DNA of 64,000 bases, from the NCBI GenBank assembly GCA_963697335.1, contig CAVONQ010000005.1, positions 64,001 to 128,000 of the forward strand, written 5' to 3'. Shown in pieces: positions 18,231 through 28,603 of the stretch (positions are counted from its first letter, which is position 1; every line of letters starts with the position of its first letter). The position numbers and the translations under genes are program-made. Below the pieces are notes generated by a model, which made no database searches, was not told where the DNA came from, and worked only from the letters and a program-made list of their open reading frames with translations. The stretch comes from an uncultured cyanobacterium. GTDB lineage: Bacteria > Cyanobacteriota > Cyanobacteriia > PCC-6307 > Cyanobiaceae.

Positions 18231-20150
18231 TCAGGGCAGGGTCGTGGGCAGGAGAGGGGTGGGATTGGCCAACAGCCAGACGGCCATCAGCACCACGCCG
18301 AGGATCAAGGTGAGGGCATAGAGCTGGGTGCGGCCGCTGGTGGTGAAGCTGAGCCGGCGGGCGGTCGCCATCGCCGCGGCGCCGGTGCCGGTGCTGAAGC
18401 CATCCACCACCCGGCCGTCGCTCCAGGCCCCCAGCCGGGCCAGGGCCAGCACCAGGGCCACCACGGTGCGGTGGTAGAAGCGCTCGGTGTCCATGTCCTG
18501 GGCCAACCAGCGCTGCAAGCCGCCCATGGCAGCGGGCAGCTTCGCCAGGGGGTGGGGCCGCAGGTAGAACACAGCCGAAAGCCCACAGCCCGCCACGGTG
18601 CTGAGCAGCAGCGGCACGGCCATCGGTCCCCAGGCCGGCAGGGGACTGAGGCCAAAGACCCCGGTGGAGGCCAGGATGAACGGCAGATGCAGTACCAGGC
18701 CCATCAGCACCATGGTGGGCAGCACCATCAACCAGATCACCTCGGCGGAGCGGGCCGTGAACACCGAGGCGGAACCGCCCCAGATCAGGCCGAAGACGCG
18801 GATCAGTCCAGCGGCGATCAGGGCGTTGCTGAGCAGCACCAGTCCGGACAACAGCACGGGATGGGTGCTGCTCGCCGTGAGGGCCAGCAACTCCCGCAGG
18901 GCCGAGAAGCCCGCAAAGGGCGGCAGGCCGATCAACCCGGCGGTGCCGACCAGAAAGGCCACGCCCATCAACGGCCGGCGACTCCAGAGGCCTCCGAGCT
19001 GGGTGAGGTCCTGGGTGACATTGCTCACCAGCACCGTGCCCACCACCATCAGCAGCAGGGCCATGGGCAGGGGGTACACCAGCAGCAGGTGATTGGCCTC
19101 GGGAATGCCGCCCAGACCCACGGCCACGAACAGCAGTCCGAGCCAGCTGCTCACCAGGAAGGAGAGGGCGCGCTTGACATCCACCTGGGCCAGGGCAATC
19201 AGCGAGGCGACCAGGGCGGTGGAGCCACCCACCACCACCAACACCGAACGCACCAGGGGGCTCAGGGCCAGCAGGGGCTCCAGCCGCAGCAGCACCCAGG
19301 CCCCGCCCAGCACCACCACGGAGTTGCGCAGCACCGTGGAGGGCAGGGGGCTCTCCATGGCCTCATCGAGCCAGAGGTGCAGGGGGATCTGGGCACATTT
19401 CCCCATCGGCCCCGCAATCAGGGCCAGCAGGATCAGGGTCACGCTGAGCGGCAGGGTGACAGGGCCATCAGGGCTGGCGGCGATCTGGGCCTCGGCCCAG
19501 GCCTGCAAGCCATGGAAATTCCAGGTGCCGGTGATCGGCAGCAGGGCGATCACACCGGCCAGCAGGATCAGGTCGCCGATCCGCTTGGTGAGAAAGGCAT
19601 CGCGGGCACCCTTGACGACAAGGGACTGGTTGTACCAGGTGCCCACGATGAGATAGGTGCCCAGGGTGAGCAGCTCGAGGATCACATAGCTGAAAAACAG
19701 GGAATCCGTGAGTACAAGGGCACACAGACCGGCTTCGAAACAGCTGAGGGAGCCGAAGAAGCGGGCCCAGCCCCAGTCCATCTCGAAATAGCCGATGGTG
19801 TAGATCTGCACGAGGACATGCAGCCCCGTGATCACAATCATCGCGATCAGGGCGGGCTCCGTGATCAGCCCATCGAAGCCGATCTTGAGGCCGGCGGTGT
19901 CCATCCAGGTCCAGCCGAAGCGGACCGGTTCCAGAGCCGTGGCATCAACGGCCAGTTGCCTGGCGTGAAGGCCCAGCAGGGCCAGAACGCCGTGGCAGAA
20001 GGCCACAGTCACCATCAGCAGGTTGAGGTAGCCGCAGGGGCGTGGACCACTGCGCCAGATCACCCCCGGCGACCAGGCGAGGGAAAGGAAGGCGGCAACG
20101 AGGGGGTAGAGCGGCACAAGCCAGGCCGTCTCCAGAAATGCGACGGTCAT
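18231..20150 (-). CDS. ndhF3: NDH-1 subunit NdhF3
   Basis: GPRPCGYLN, GYFEMDWGWARFF, ARDAFLTKRIGD and GKCAQIPLHLWLDEAME; operon with ndhD3-cupA-cupS. Confidence 0.92.
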   Translation of the reverse strand: MTVAFLETAWLVPLYPLVAAFLSLAWSPGVIWRSGPRPCGYLNLLMVTVAFCHGVLALLGLHARQLAVDATALEPVRFGWTWMDTAGLKIGFDGLITEPALIAMIVITGLHVLVQIYTIGYFEMDWGWARFFGSLSCFEAGLCALVLTDSLFFSYVILELLTLGTYLIVGTWYNQSLVVKGARDAFLTKRIGDLILLAGVIALLPITGTWNFHGLQAWAEAQIAASPDGPVTLPLSVTLILLALIAGPMGKCAQIPLHLWLDEAMESPLPSTVLRNSVVVLGGAWVLLRLEPLLALSPLVRSVLVVVGGSTALVASLIALAQVDVKRALSFLVSSWLGLLFVAVGLGGIPEANHLLLVYPLPMALLLMVVGTVLVSNVTQDLTQLGGLWSRRPLMGVAFLVGTAGLIGLPPFAGFSALRELLALTASSTHPVLLSGLVLLSNALIAAGLIRVFGLIWGGSASVFTARSAEVIWLMVLPTMVLMGLVLHLPFILASTGVFGLSPLPAWGPMAVPLLLSTVAGCGLSAVFYLRPHPLAKLPAAMGGLQRWLAQDMDTERFYHRTVVALVLALARLGAWSDGRVVDGFSTGTGAAAMATARRLSFTTSGRTQLYALTLILGVVLMAVWLLANPTPLLPTTLP

Positions 20151-20527
20151 GATGGCGACAATTCCGGTGGCATCTGAACGACAGAACGTCAGGGAAGGGA
20201 AGAAACTGCTGAGAAGTCATCGCCGTAAACGGAACGAAGACTGGCGATAATCCTGAGAATTGAGCGAACCAGGAGTGGTGCCGTTAGGCACAATCGAGTG
20301 GCTGGGGCAAAGCCCATCCAGGTGTTGCGAACAGCAGCGGTGGAGCAGGGTCAACCGCTGCACGGCTGAAGCGATAATGCATAGAGAACAAAGGGCAGTG
20401 GCAGGTGATGGGAGGTTGCGAAGGAAACCTTAAGCGGCTTCTCTGCCCGCTGGGCTGGCGTCGCGAAGGAATGTCCTATGGCTTCAAGAAGCAGGGGTGA
20501 TCCAATCCCGGCGGAGATGGTCCCGGT

Positions 20528-21265
20528 TCAGGATTGGGGTCGTCGGGACTGGGCCAACCGGCGCGCAGCCAACACCCCCACGCCGGCGATCAGGGCGACC
20601 AGCAGCAACACCCGCAGGGTCTGGCCGTAGGGCACCAGCCGGGCGGCCACCAGGGGGTACTGCTGCCCCAGCAGCCGGCCGGCCAGGATCAGGGCCGTGC
20701 TCCAGATCAGGCTTCCTGCCGTGGTCCAGAGCAGGAAAGGGAGCTGGGGCATCCGCTCGAGGCCGGCCGGCACCGAGATCAGCGTGCGCAGCCCAGGCAC
20801 CATCCGGCCCCAGAACACCAACGCCCAACCATGGGCCAGGAACCAGGAGCGGCTGCGCTCCAGGTCAGCCCCCTGCAGACCGATCCGGCCGCCATGGCGC
20901 TGCAGCCACTGCTCCAGCCGCGGCTGCGGCACCAGCCGACCCACCAGATACCAGCACCAGGCCCCGAGCACCGTGCCGACCAGGGCCGCCAGCAGGGTGG
21001 GCAGCAGGGCCAGATCGCCGCGGGCCACGCCATACCCCGCCAGGGGCAGGAGCACTTCCGAGGGAATGGGCGGGATCAGGTTCTCCAGCAGCATGGCCAG
21101 GGCGATGGCGCCGTAGCCGAGCAGGGGATCCAGCTGGGCGGCCTGGTCGATCAGCTGGGGAAGATCCGGCAACCAGGCCAGCAGCGGGGGCAAAAGCCAG
21201 GGGGACAGGGGGTTTAGGTTAAGCGGCTCCGGCCCGGATCCTGCGGCGATGCCGCCCCCTGACAT
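20528..21265 (-). CDS. DedA family membrane protein (start uncertain)
   Basis: LENLIPPIPSEVLLPLAG and GRMVPGLRTLISVPAG. Confidence 0.88.
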   Translation of the reverse strand: MSGGGIAAGSGPEPLNLNPLSPWLLPPLLAWLPDLPQLIDQAAQLDPLLGYGAIALAMLLENLIPPIPSEVLLPLAGYGVARGDLALLPTLLAALVGTVLGAWCWYLVGRLVPQPRLEQWLQRHGGRIGLQGADLERSRSWFLAHGWALVFWGRMVPGLRTLISVPAGLERMPQLPFLLWTTAGSLIWSTALILAGRLLGQQYPLVAARLVPYGQTLRVLLLVALIAGVGVLAARRLAQSRRPQS

Positions 21266-22691
21266 CGCCCTTCAAGACAGCCACCAGCGACGTTCTGGCC
21301 GCACCGGCCCGTGGGAGGCCCTGCTGCGCTGGCGCCACGCGCTCACCGTGCCCCAGTTCGCGGTGGTCACCGGGGCCCTGGTGATTGCGGCGGGCACCCT
21401 GGTGCTCTCCAGCCCGCTCTGCTCCACTTCAGAGGTGGGGCTCTGGGAAGCCCTGTTCACCGTCACCTCCGCCATCACCGTGACGGGGCTTTCGGTGATC
21501 GACATCGGCACCGACCTCACCCTGCTGGGGCAGGTGGCCCTGGCGGGCCTGATCATCACCGGCGGCCTGGGCCTGATGGCGATCACCACCTTCCTGCAGG
21601 GATTCGTGCAGGGCCACTCCGGGCTGCGCTCCCGTCTCGACAAGGGCCGTGCCCTCGATGAATTCGGAGTGGGCGGCATCGGCCCCACCTTCAACAGCAT
21701 CCTGGTGGCGGGCTGCTGGGTGATGGGGCTGGGCACCGTTGTGCTCTACAGCTTCGGTTTCACCGACATCGCCAACCCGCTGGAGCGGTTCTGGGCCTCG
21801 CTGTTTCATGCCATCAGCGCCTACAACAATGCGGGCTTCGGCCTGTGGAGCAGCAGCCTGGAGCGCTACCGCGACAACGCCGTGGTGAATGGCGTGATCG
21901 GCACCATGATCGTGGTGGGGGGAATCGGCTGGCGGGTGATCAATGACCTGTGGGCCAACCGCTCCTCCTGGCGTGGCATGCGGAGGCTCAGCCTGCACAC
22001 CCGTCTGGTGCTGCGGTCCACCCTGCTGCTGGTGGTGTTCGGCACCCTGGGCCTGGTGTTCACCGAATCCTTCGCCACCGGAGGCGTGGTGGAATCCCTC
22101 GGCCTGCTGCAGAAGCTCCAGGTCACCCTGTTCCAGTCGATCACCACGCGTACGGCCGGGTTCAACACGGTGCCGCTCTCGGTGGAAACCATCTCCGACG
22201 CCGGCCTGCTGCTGGTGATCGTGCTGATGTTCATCGGCGCCAGCCCCGGCGGTACCGGCGGTGGCATCAAGACCACCACCTTCGCCACCTTGATGGCCAC
22301 CACCCGCTCCACCCTGCAGGGGAGGGAAGAAGTGGTGATTCACAACCGCCAGATTCCCGATCGGGTGGTGATGCGCGCCATCGGAGTCACGATCGCCTCG
22401 CTGATCTTTGTGCTGCTGATGGCCCTGCTGCTGGGCCTGGGACCCGCAGCCGATGGGGCCGATGCGGCCAACAGTTTCAACTTTCTCGAGAAACTGTTCA
22501 CCTGCATGTCCGCCTTCGCCACCGTGGGGCTCGATCTCGGCGTCACGGCCCAGCTCAACCGCTGGGGCCAGCTGGTGCTGATGGTGGGGATGTTCGTGGG
22601 CCGGCTGGGCATCCTGCTGCTGCTCTCGGCGCTGTATGGAAGCCGCCGCCAGCCCAGGGTGGGCTACCCGCGTGAAGACCTCTACATCTGA
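21249..22691 (+). CDS. ktrB: TrkH/KtrB potassium uptake membrane subunit
   Basis: Pore loops SAITVTGL, SAYNNAGF, TTRTAGFN and SAFATVGL; SPGGTGGGIKTTT. Confidence 0.92.
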   Translation: MPPPDIALQDSHQRRSGRTGPWEALLRWRHALTVPQFAVVTGALVIAAGTLVLSSPLCSTSEVGLWEALFTVTSAITVTGLSVIDIGTDLTLLGQVALAGLIITGGLGLMAITTFLQGFVQGHSGLRSRLDKGRALDEFGVGGIGPTFNSILVAGCWVMGLGTVVLYSFGFTDIANPLERFWASLFHAISAYNNAGFGLWSSSLERYRDNAVVNGVIGTMIVVGGIGWRVINDLWANRSSWRGMRRLSLHTRLVLRSTLLLVVFGTLGLVFTESFATGGVVESLGLLQKLQVTLFQSITTRTAGFNTVPLSVETISDAGLLLVIVLMFIGASPGGTGGGIKTTTFATLMATTRSTLQGREEVVIHNRQIPDRVVMRAIGVTIASLIFVLLMALLLGLGPAADGADAANSFNFLEKLFTCMSAFATVGLDLGVTAQLNRWGQLVLMVGMFVGRLGILLLLSALYGSRRQPRVGYPREDLYI

Positions 22692-22774
22692 CCCCGGTCC
22701 GGCGGGCAAACCGGGCTCGGGGCCTGGCTTGAGCGAGGATCCACCCATCTGGCCCCGCACGACGCACCACAACG

Positions 22775-23479
22775 ATGAGCAACTGGTGGAACTGGAATCC
22801 AGCCGAAAGCCGGGCCCTGGGCAGCTTCGCAGTGATCGGGATCGGGAGATTCGGCACGGCCCTCTGCCTGGAACTGAGCAAGGGAGGGGCCGACGTGCTG
22901 GCGATCGACAATGATCCAGCCGCCGTGGATCGGATCAACCGGCTCGACCCCTCGATCACCGCCCGCAAGGTGGAGAGCACCGATGAGGAAGCCCTGAAGG
23001 CCGCCGGGGTGCTCGATGTCACCACGGTGGTGGTGGCCATGAGCGAACCGATCGAGGTGAGTATCACTGCCACCCTGATCGCCAAGGACAGCGAGGGCAG
23101 CCAGGTGAAACAGGTGATCGCCCGGGCCACCAACGACCTGCACATGAAGATGCTGCAGCGGGTCGGCGCCGACCGGGTGATCTTCCCCTCCAAGATGCAG
23201 GGCCAGCGGCTGGGGCTTGAGCTGGTGCGGCCCAACCTGCTGGACCGGCTGCGGCTCGACGATCGCAACAGCATCGAGGAGATCCGGGTGCCGGAGCCCT
23301 TCATCGGCCAGTCGCTGCGGGATCTCAACCTGCGCAAGAACTTCAACGTGAGCGTGCTGGCCGCGGGGCCGGACAACCAGCTCACCGTGAACCCACCGGC
23401 CTCCCATGTGCTGCAGAAGGGGGAACTGCTGGTGGTGATGGGCGCCACGGAGGATCTGGCCGAGCTGCCGGGGAGCTGA
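22775..23479 (+). CDS. ktrA: TrkA/KtrA RCK regulatory subunit
   Basis: FAVIGIGRFG nucleotide-binding motif, VGADRVIFP, TrkA-C domain. Confidence 0.9.
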   Translation: MSNWWNWNPAESRALGSFAVIGIGRFGTALCLELSKGGADVLAIDNDPAAVDRINRLDPSITARKVESTDEEALKAAGVLDVTTVVVAMSEPIEVSITATLIAKDSEGSQVKQVIARATNDLHMKMLQRVGADRVIFPSKMQGQRLGLELVRPNLLDRLRLDDRNSIEEIRVPEPFIGQSLRDLNLRKNFNVSVLAAGPDNQLTVNPPASHVLQKGELLVVMGATEDLAELPGS

Positions 23480-23562
23480 CCCAACCTGGCTTCCCAGTCG
23501 GGAGGCCCCTACATTCATCCGGCGTTGGCGCCTGCCCCTTGCCCCCCCTCTTCGAGGCCTTG

Positions 23563-25356
23563 ATGGCCCCCCAGGCCCTGATCACCCTGGCGGTGATGGT
23601 GCTGTCGGTGGTGCTGTTCATCGGTAACTGGATTCCAGCGGAGGTGACCGGCCTGCTGGCCGTGGGGCTGCTGATGGCCCTGGGGGTGCTGAAGCCGGCC
23701 GAGGCCCTGGAGGGCTTCGGCAGCCCCGCCCTGCTCACCCTGATTGGCCTGTTCGCCCTCTCGGCGGGGCTGTTCCGCTCAGGCGGCCTTGACCGACTCA
23801 GGGGACTGATCGGCTCCGATGCCGTGCGCAGCCCCAGGCGCATGATTCTGCTGCTGGCCGGCGTGGTCGGGCCTGTCTCGGCCTTTGTGCCGAACACGCC
23901 AATCGTGGCCTCGCTGCTGCCGGTGATTGAGGGATGGTGCCACAGGCGAGGGGTTTCCCCCTCCAAGGTGCTGCTGCCGCTGTCCTTTGCCACCGTGCTG
24001 GGCGGCACGCTGACGCTGCTGGGCAGCTCGGTGAACCTGCTGGCCAGTGAGGTGAGCAACAAGCTGGGTTACGGCGCCTTCGAGCTGTTCTCGTTCACAC
24101 CGGTGGGGCTGGGGGTGTGGCTGGCCGGCAGCCTGGCGATGGTGCTGCTCTCGGATCGCTTCCTGCCAGACCGGGGTAACAATGACGACGACCTGGCCGG
24201 GGGGCTCTCCAGCAGCGGCTACGTCACTGAGGTGGAGATCCCGAGGGGTTCCGAGCTGGTGGGCCAGTCCCTGCACGGCAGCCGGCTGCAGCGCCGCTTC
24301 GACGTGGATGTGCTGGAGCTGCACCGGGGCCAGGAGCGCTTTCAGCCGCCCCTGGCCGACCGGCGGCTGCAACTGGGCGATCGGCTGGTGCTGCGCTGCA
24401 CCCGCAGCGACCTGTTGCGGCTGCAGCAGGAGCACACGGTCGTGCTGGCGCCCACACCGGAGGAGGGGGCCTCAAGCCCCCCGATTCCCGACGCCCAGAA
24501 CAGCCAGCGCATGGTGGAGGCCCTGCTGCCTTCGGGCTCCACCCTGGCGGGAAGCTGCCTGCGCGATCTGCGCTTCCGCCAGCGCTACAACGCCACCGTG
24601 CTGGCCCTGCGCCGTGGCAGCGCCGTGGTGAGGGAACGGCTCGGCCAGGCCCAGTTGCACGAGGGCGATGTGCTGCTGCTGCAGGGACCCCAGGATGCCA
24701 TCCGCGGACTGCTGGCCGGCAATGATCTGGTGGTGCTGGAGCAGATCGAGGACGACCTGCCCACCGTGAGCCGCAAGCGGGTGGCGCTGGCCATTGTGGG
24801 GCTGTCGATCCTGCTGCCGAGCCTGCAGGTTCTGCCCCTGGTGGCGTCAGTGCTGCTGGGCACCGTGGCCATGGTGGTCACCGGCTGTCTGCGGCCAGGG
24901 GAGCTGCAGCGCTCGATCCGGCTGGATGTGATCCTGCTGCTGGGATCCCTGGCCAGCTTCAGCGTGGCTCTGGAGAAAACGGGTCTGGCGGAGGCCCTGG
25001 CCCAGGCGCTGATCCAAGGGCTGGACGCATGGCCGCTCTACTGGGCCCTGGCGGTGGTGTTCCTATTCAGCACCCTGCTCACCGAGGTGATGAGCAACGC
25101 CGCCAGCGTGGCGATGCTGATCCCGATCGCGGCCCAGCTGGCGCTGGGGCTGGGCATGCCCCCGATGGCCGCCATCTTCGCGGTGCTGTTCGGGGCCAGC
25201 CAGAGCTTCCTGAGCCCTGTGGGCTATCAGACCAACCTGATGGTGTTCGGCCCCGGGCGCTATCGCTTTCTCGATGTGGCCCGCTACGGCTTCCCGCTCA
25301 CGGTGTTGATGACCTTGCTGGTGCCCTGGCTGATCTGCAGACAATTCGGGCTCTAG
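23563..25356 (+). CDS. SLC13/DASS family permease with TrkA-C domains
   Basis: SAFVPNTP, GGTLTLLGSSVNL, LTEVMSNAAS and SPVGYQTNLMVFGPG. Confidence 0.88.
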   Translation: MAPQALITLAVMVLSVVLFIGNWIPAEVTGLLAVGLLMALGVLKPAEALEGFGSPALLTLIGLFALSAGLFRSGGLDRLRGLIGSDAVRSPRRMILLLAGVVGPVSAFVPNTPIVASLLPVIEGWCHRRGVSPSKVLLPLSFATVLGGTLTLLGSSVNLLASEVSNKLGYGAFELFSFTPVGLGVWLAGSLAMVLLSDRFLPDRGNNDDDLAGGLSSSGYVTEVEIPRGSELVGQSLHGSRLQRRFDVDVLELHRGQERFQPPLADRRLQLGDRLVLRCTRSDLLRLQQEHTVVLAPTPEEGASSPPIPDAQNSQRMVEALLPSGSTLAGSCLRDLRFRQRYNATVLALRRGSAVVRERLGQAQLHEGDVLLLQGPQDAIRGLLAGNDLVVLEQIEDDLPTVSRKRVALAIVGLSILLPSLQVLPLVASVLLGTVAMVVTGCLRPGELQRSIRLDVILLLGSLASFSVALEKTGLAEALAQALIQGLDAWPLYWALAVVFLFSTLLTEVMSNAASVAMLIPIAAQLALGLGMPPMAAIFAVLFGASQSFLSPVGYQTNLMVFGPGRYRFLDVARYGFPLTVLMTLLVPWLICRQFGL

Positions 25357-25372
25357 AGCCGCGGGGGCGGGC

Positions 25373-26449
25373 TCAGATTCCGGCCTTGCGCTCATGCCGC
25401 CAGCGCAGGGCTTGCCACACCAGAAACACCAGCACCAGGGGCACCACGGCGGTGAGGGTAATCAGTCGGTATTCATCGGTGAGGCTGCTGACGCTGTTGC
25501 TGAGCACCTGTTCCCCCAGGTACAGCGCATACAGCATCACCAGGATCCCCCCCTCCAGCCGGGTGATCTGGCCATGGCTCCAGAAAATCGGCAGACAGGC
25601 CAGGGTGGTGACCACCATGACCGGCAGATCGCGTTGGATCAGCACCGGGTCCACCCCCAGCCCCCTGCTGCCCGACGCCGTGGCGCAGAGGCCGAGGATC
25701 AGGAACAGGTTGAGCAGGTTGCTGCCCACCACATTGCCGATGGCCAGATCCACCTTGCCCCGGTAGGTGGCCACCAGGGAGGTGACGAGCTCCGGCATCG
25801 ACGTGCCGGCCGCCACGATCGTGAGCCCCACCACCGTCTGACTGACGCCCAGGGCCAGGGCTGCCGTGGTGGCGCCGCTGACCAGCACCTGGGAGCCCAC
25901 CACCAGCAGCACCAGTCCCCCCAGCAGCCTCAGGCTCGCCCCGGGGACCGAAAGACGCTCGCTGGAGTCGAACCCCCCCACCTCCTCGGGGTTTTCTCCC
26001 GCCGTACGGACCTCCCAGACCAGATTGATCAGCAGGCACACCAGCAGGGCCACGCCGGCCTGCCAGGTGAGCCGGCTGCCACTGGCCATCCCCCAGACCG
26101 CCATCGAGAGGGCCACCAGCAGGGGTACATCGCGGCGCACCAGACGGCTGCGCACGCTCAGGGGCACCACCAGGGCACTCAAGCCCAGCACCACCAGCAC
26201 GTTGAAGATGTTGCTGCCCACCACGTTGCTCATGGCAATGGCGTCGTTGCCCTGCACCGTGGCGATCAGACTCACGAACAGCTCCGGGGCACTGGTGCCC
26301 AGCGCCACCACCGTGAGGCCGATCACAATCTGGGGGATGCCGAGCACCAGGGCCACCGCCGTGGAGCCCACCACGAACAGCTCGCCGCCGCCGAACAGCA
26401 ACAGGATGCCCAGCAGGATCTGCAGGAAGCTGGGGAACAAGTTGGTCAC
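25373..26449 (-). CDS. Calcium/sodium antiporter (YrbG-like)
   Basis: Two alpha repeats, GTSAPEL/NVVGSNIFN and GTSMPEL/NVVGSNLLN. Confidence 0.9.
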   Translation of the reverse strand: MTNLFPSFLQILLGILLLFGGGELFVVGSTAVALVLGIPQIVIGLTVVALGTSAPELFVSLIATVQGNDAIAMSNVVGSNIFNVLVVLGLSALVVPLSVRSRLVRRDVPLLVALSMAVWGMASGSRLTWQAGVALLVCLLINLVWEVRTAGENPEEVGGFDSSERLSVPGASLRLLGGLVLLVVGSQVLVSGATTAALALGVSQTVVGLTIVAAGTSMPELVTSLVATYRGKVDLAIGNVVGSNLLNLFLILGLCATASGSRGLGVDPVLIQRDLPVMVVTTLACLPIFWSHGQITRLEGGILVMLYALYLGEQVLSNSVSSLTDEYRLITLTAVVPLVLVFLVWQALRWRHERKAGI

Positions 26450-26552
26450 ACGAGCCAGCGCGGGGTGAGTGGGCTCAATTGTGGAGCCAAGGGGTGATGG
26501 CTCAGGAGGCGGCTCAGTCAGCGGCAAAGATGGGGACACCTGCCGCACCCCG

Positions 26553-26945
26553 ATGACGAGCCTCGCCCTGCCGGCTCTGGTGACCCTCGCCGCTCTCAGC
26601 CTCTATCAGGGCACGGCTCTGGCGGTGGGCCGGGCGCGGTTCAAGCACCTGGTGAAGCCACCGGCCATGGACGGCCCCGAGCCCTTCCAGCGGGCGGTGC
26701 GGGTGCAGCAGAACACCCTGGAGCAGCTGGCGTTCTTTCTGCCCAGCTACTGGCTCGCCTGCCTCTGGAGCGGGGCGGCAGTGGCCAATCTGCTGGGGAT
26801 CTTCTGGGTCGCAGGGCGCGTGGCCTATGCCGTGGGCTACCTGCAGGCTCCGGAACGACGGGGCCCCGGCTTCGGGATCAGTTTTCTGAGTGCGGTGGGG
26901 TTGTGGGTGCTGGCCCTGGTCGGCGCCGTCCGCGAGCTGGGCTGA
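26553..26945 (+). CDS. MAPEG family protein
   Basis: VGRARFKH..KPPAMDG...FQRAVRVQQNTLEQ and GRVAYAVGY. Confidence 0.88.
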   Translation: MTSLALPALVTLAALSLYQGTALAVGRARFKHLVKPPAMDGPEPFQRAVRVQQNTLEQLAFFLPSYWLACLWSGAAVANLLGIFWVAGRVAYAVGYLQAPERRGPGFGISFLSAVGLWVLALVGAVRELG

Positions 26946-26969
26946 TGGGCGGCCGGGCCTCGATCGGTG

Positions 26970-27137
26970 TCAGCGCTGCCCGAGCAGGTCTTCCCAGCTG
27001 ATGGGCTGGGGGGCTCCCGGCTGACGTGAGCCGGTGCTGCCCAGGGGCCTCAGCGGGCAGCACGGTCCCGAAGGACCGCGAGCCACAGATCCCCCCCGCA
27101 GGGGGTGTTGGCGGCTGGAATGATGGAATGTGGTCAT
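26970..27137 (-). CDS. Possible small protein (55 aa)
   Basis: ATG-initiated ORF downstream of the structured RNA; weak support. Confidence 0.3.
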   Translation of the reverse strand: MTTFHHSSRQHPLRGGSVARGPSGPCCPLRPLGSTGSRQPGAPQPISWEDLLGQR

Positions 27138-27185
27138 GGTGATGGGTTGAAAAACGAGACTGGAACTACATGAATCCATGGACTG

Positions 27186-27417
27186 GGCTGGACGCCGAAA
27201 TGCGCCGTTGCCGCTAGACCCATGGCCTGGTGGAGATATCGAAATGACGCACCGGGGACAACCCTTCCCGTGCTGACGGGACTCTCCTGGGGTTGTGACC
27301 TTCAGACCTGGTGGCCTGGACAGCTCTCCCAGGAAGCACGGGGAGCGAAAGGTGCTGTGGTCGGCGTGAGCAGAACGGGCTTGCGGCGATGGCCCGTACT
27401 GCCGGCTTCTGCCGAAC
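27186..27417 (-). ncRNA. 6S RNA-like structured non-coding RNA
   Basis: Minus strand GCACC-TTTCG-CTCCCCGTGCT...AGCACGGGAAG-GGTTGTCCCC-GGTGC forms a long rod with a bubble, resembling cyanobacterial 6S as recalled; TATGGT -10 at 27429-27424. Confidence 0.5.
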
Positions 27418-27574
27418 CCAACAACCATACCTGAAATACTCACCCCAATCAAGCCTTCAGGCCTTCCAGCCACCATTTGATGGCGCCGGGATCTCCGCTC
27501 CGTCGTCGCCAGGAGCACCCCGCCAGGATCTGGATGGGGTAACAGCAGACTCTGGCGTTTGGATCGTGCGTGGG

Positions 27575-28150
27575 ATGACTTCTGAGCCCGCCGCTGCTGT
27601 CCCCAGCCCAGAAGCACTGGACCTGCTGCAGTTCTGGTTTGAGACCACCGAGCCCCGGCAGTGGTTCGCCAGGGATGACGCCTTCGATGCCTGCGTGCGC
27701 CAGCGCTTCCTGCCGCTCACCGAGCAGGCCGCTGCGGGAACGCTGGTGCGCTGGGGGGACGAGCCCCTCGGGGCTCTGGCCCTGGTGCTGCTCTTCGACC
27801 AGCTGCCACGCCAGATCTGGCGCGACAGTGCTCGGGCCTTCAGCACGGACCCTGAGGCCCTGGCCCTCAGCCAGGCCGCCGTGGCGCGGGGCTGGGTGGC
27901 CAGGGAGCCCTCCATGGCCCGCCGGCAGTTCTGGCTGATGCCGATGATGCACAGCGAAAACCTGGCCGTGCAGGACGCCTCCCTGCCCCTGTTCGCCCGC
28001 TGGAGCGACCCGCGCACAGCCCGGTTCGCCGAGCGACACCACGCTGTGATCGCCCGCTTCGGGCGCTTCCCCCACCGCAACCAACTGCTCGGTCGCCCGA
28101 CCACGCCGGAGGAGACGGCCTTCCTGCGGGAGCCGGGATCCCGTTTCTGA
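27575..28150 (+). CDS. DUF924 family protein
   Basis: LLQFWF..WF..DDAFD, LFDQLPRQIWR, MPMMHSE and FGRFPHRN. Confidence 0.88.
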   Translation: MTSEPAAAVPSPEALDLLQFWFETTEPRQWFARDDAFDACVRQRFLPLTEQAAAGTLVRWGDEPLGALALVLLFDQLPRQIWRDSARAFSTDPEALALSQAAVARGWVAREPSMARRQFWLMPMMHSENLAVQDASLPLFARWSDPRTARFAERHHAVIARFGRFPHRNQLLGRPTTPEETAFLREPGSRF

Positions 28151-28169
28151 GCAGGGCTGCCTCGGCCCC

Positions 28170-28586
28170 TCAGTGCAGCTGCTCCAGGGCCTCGAGGGCA
28201 CAGCGGAGCGAAGGGGCGGTGGGACGGTGTTCCCCCAACCTCGGGCTCCATGCCCTGCCGCTGCGCAGCTGATCAGGACAGGCGAGCACCATGTCCTGGC
28301 CCTCCAGCAGCTGGAGCGCCTGCAGGGGAAGCGGCAGTGGGGCGCGGAAGACATGGGCGACCCGATCGGCGTTGCGATGCAGGAACCAGAAGGGCAGCGG
28401 CGCGGGGGGCCACCAGCCGATCTCCTCGAGCAGCTCGCGCCGCAACGCCTCTCCGGGGCTCTCCCCCGGGTCGAGATGGCCCCCGAACAGTCCCCAGGCC
28501 CCTGGGGCCACGATGCCGGGGATGTCGTCCCGCAGCTGGATCAACCACTGGCCGCCCTGCTCGAGCACGGCCAGGGCCACCTCCAC
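28170..28586 (-). CDS. NUDIX hydrolase
   Basis: Nudix box GGHLDPGESPGEALRRELLEEIG. Confidence 0.88.
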   Translation of the reverse strand: MEVALAVLEQGGQWLIQLRDDIPGIVAPGAWGLFGGHLDPGESPGEALRRELLEEIGWWPPAPLPFWFLHRNADRVAHVFRAPLPLPLQALQLLEGQDMVLACPDQLRSGRAWSPRLGEHRPTAPSLRCALEALEQLH

Positions 28587-28603
28587 CGGAGGGGATGGGA
28601 GGT

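Noticed and set aside
16557..20177. 1206-aa plus-strand ORF
   Set aside because: Antisense shadow of ndhD3 and ndhF3
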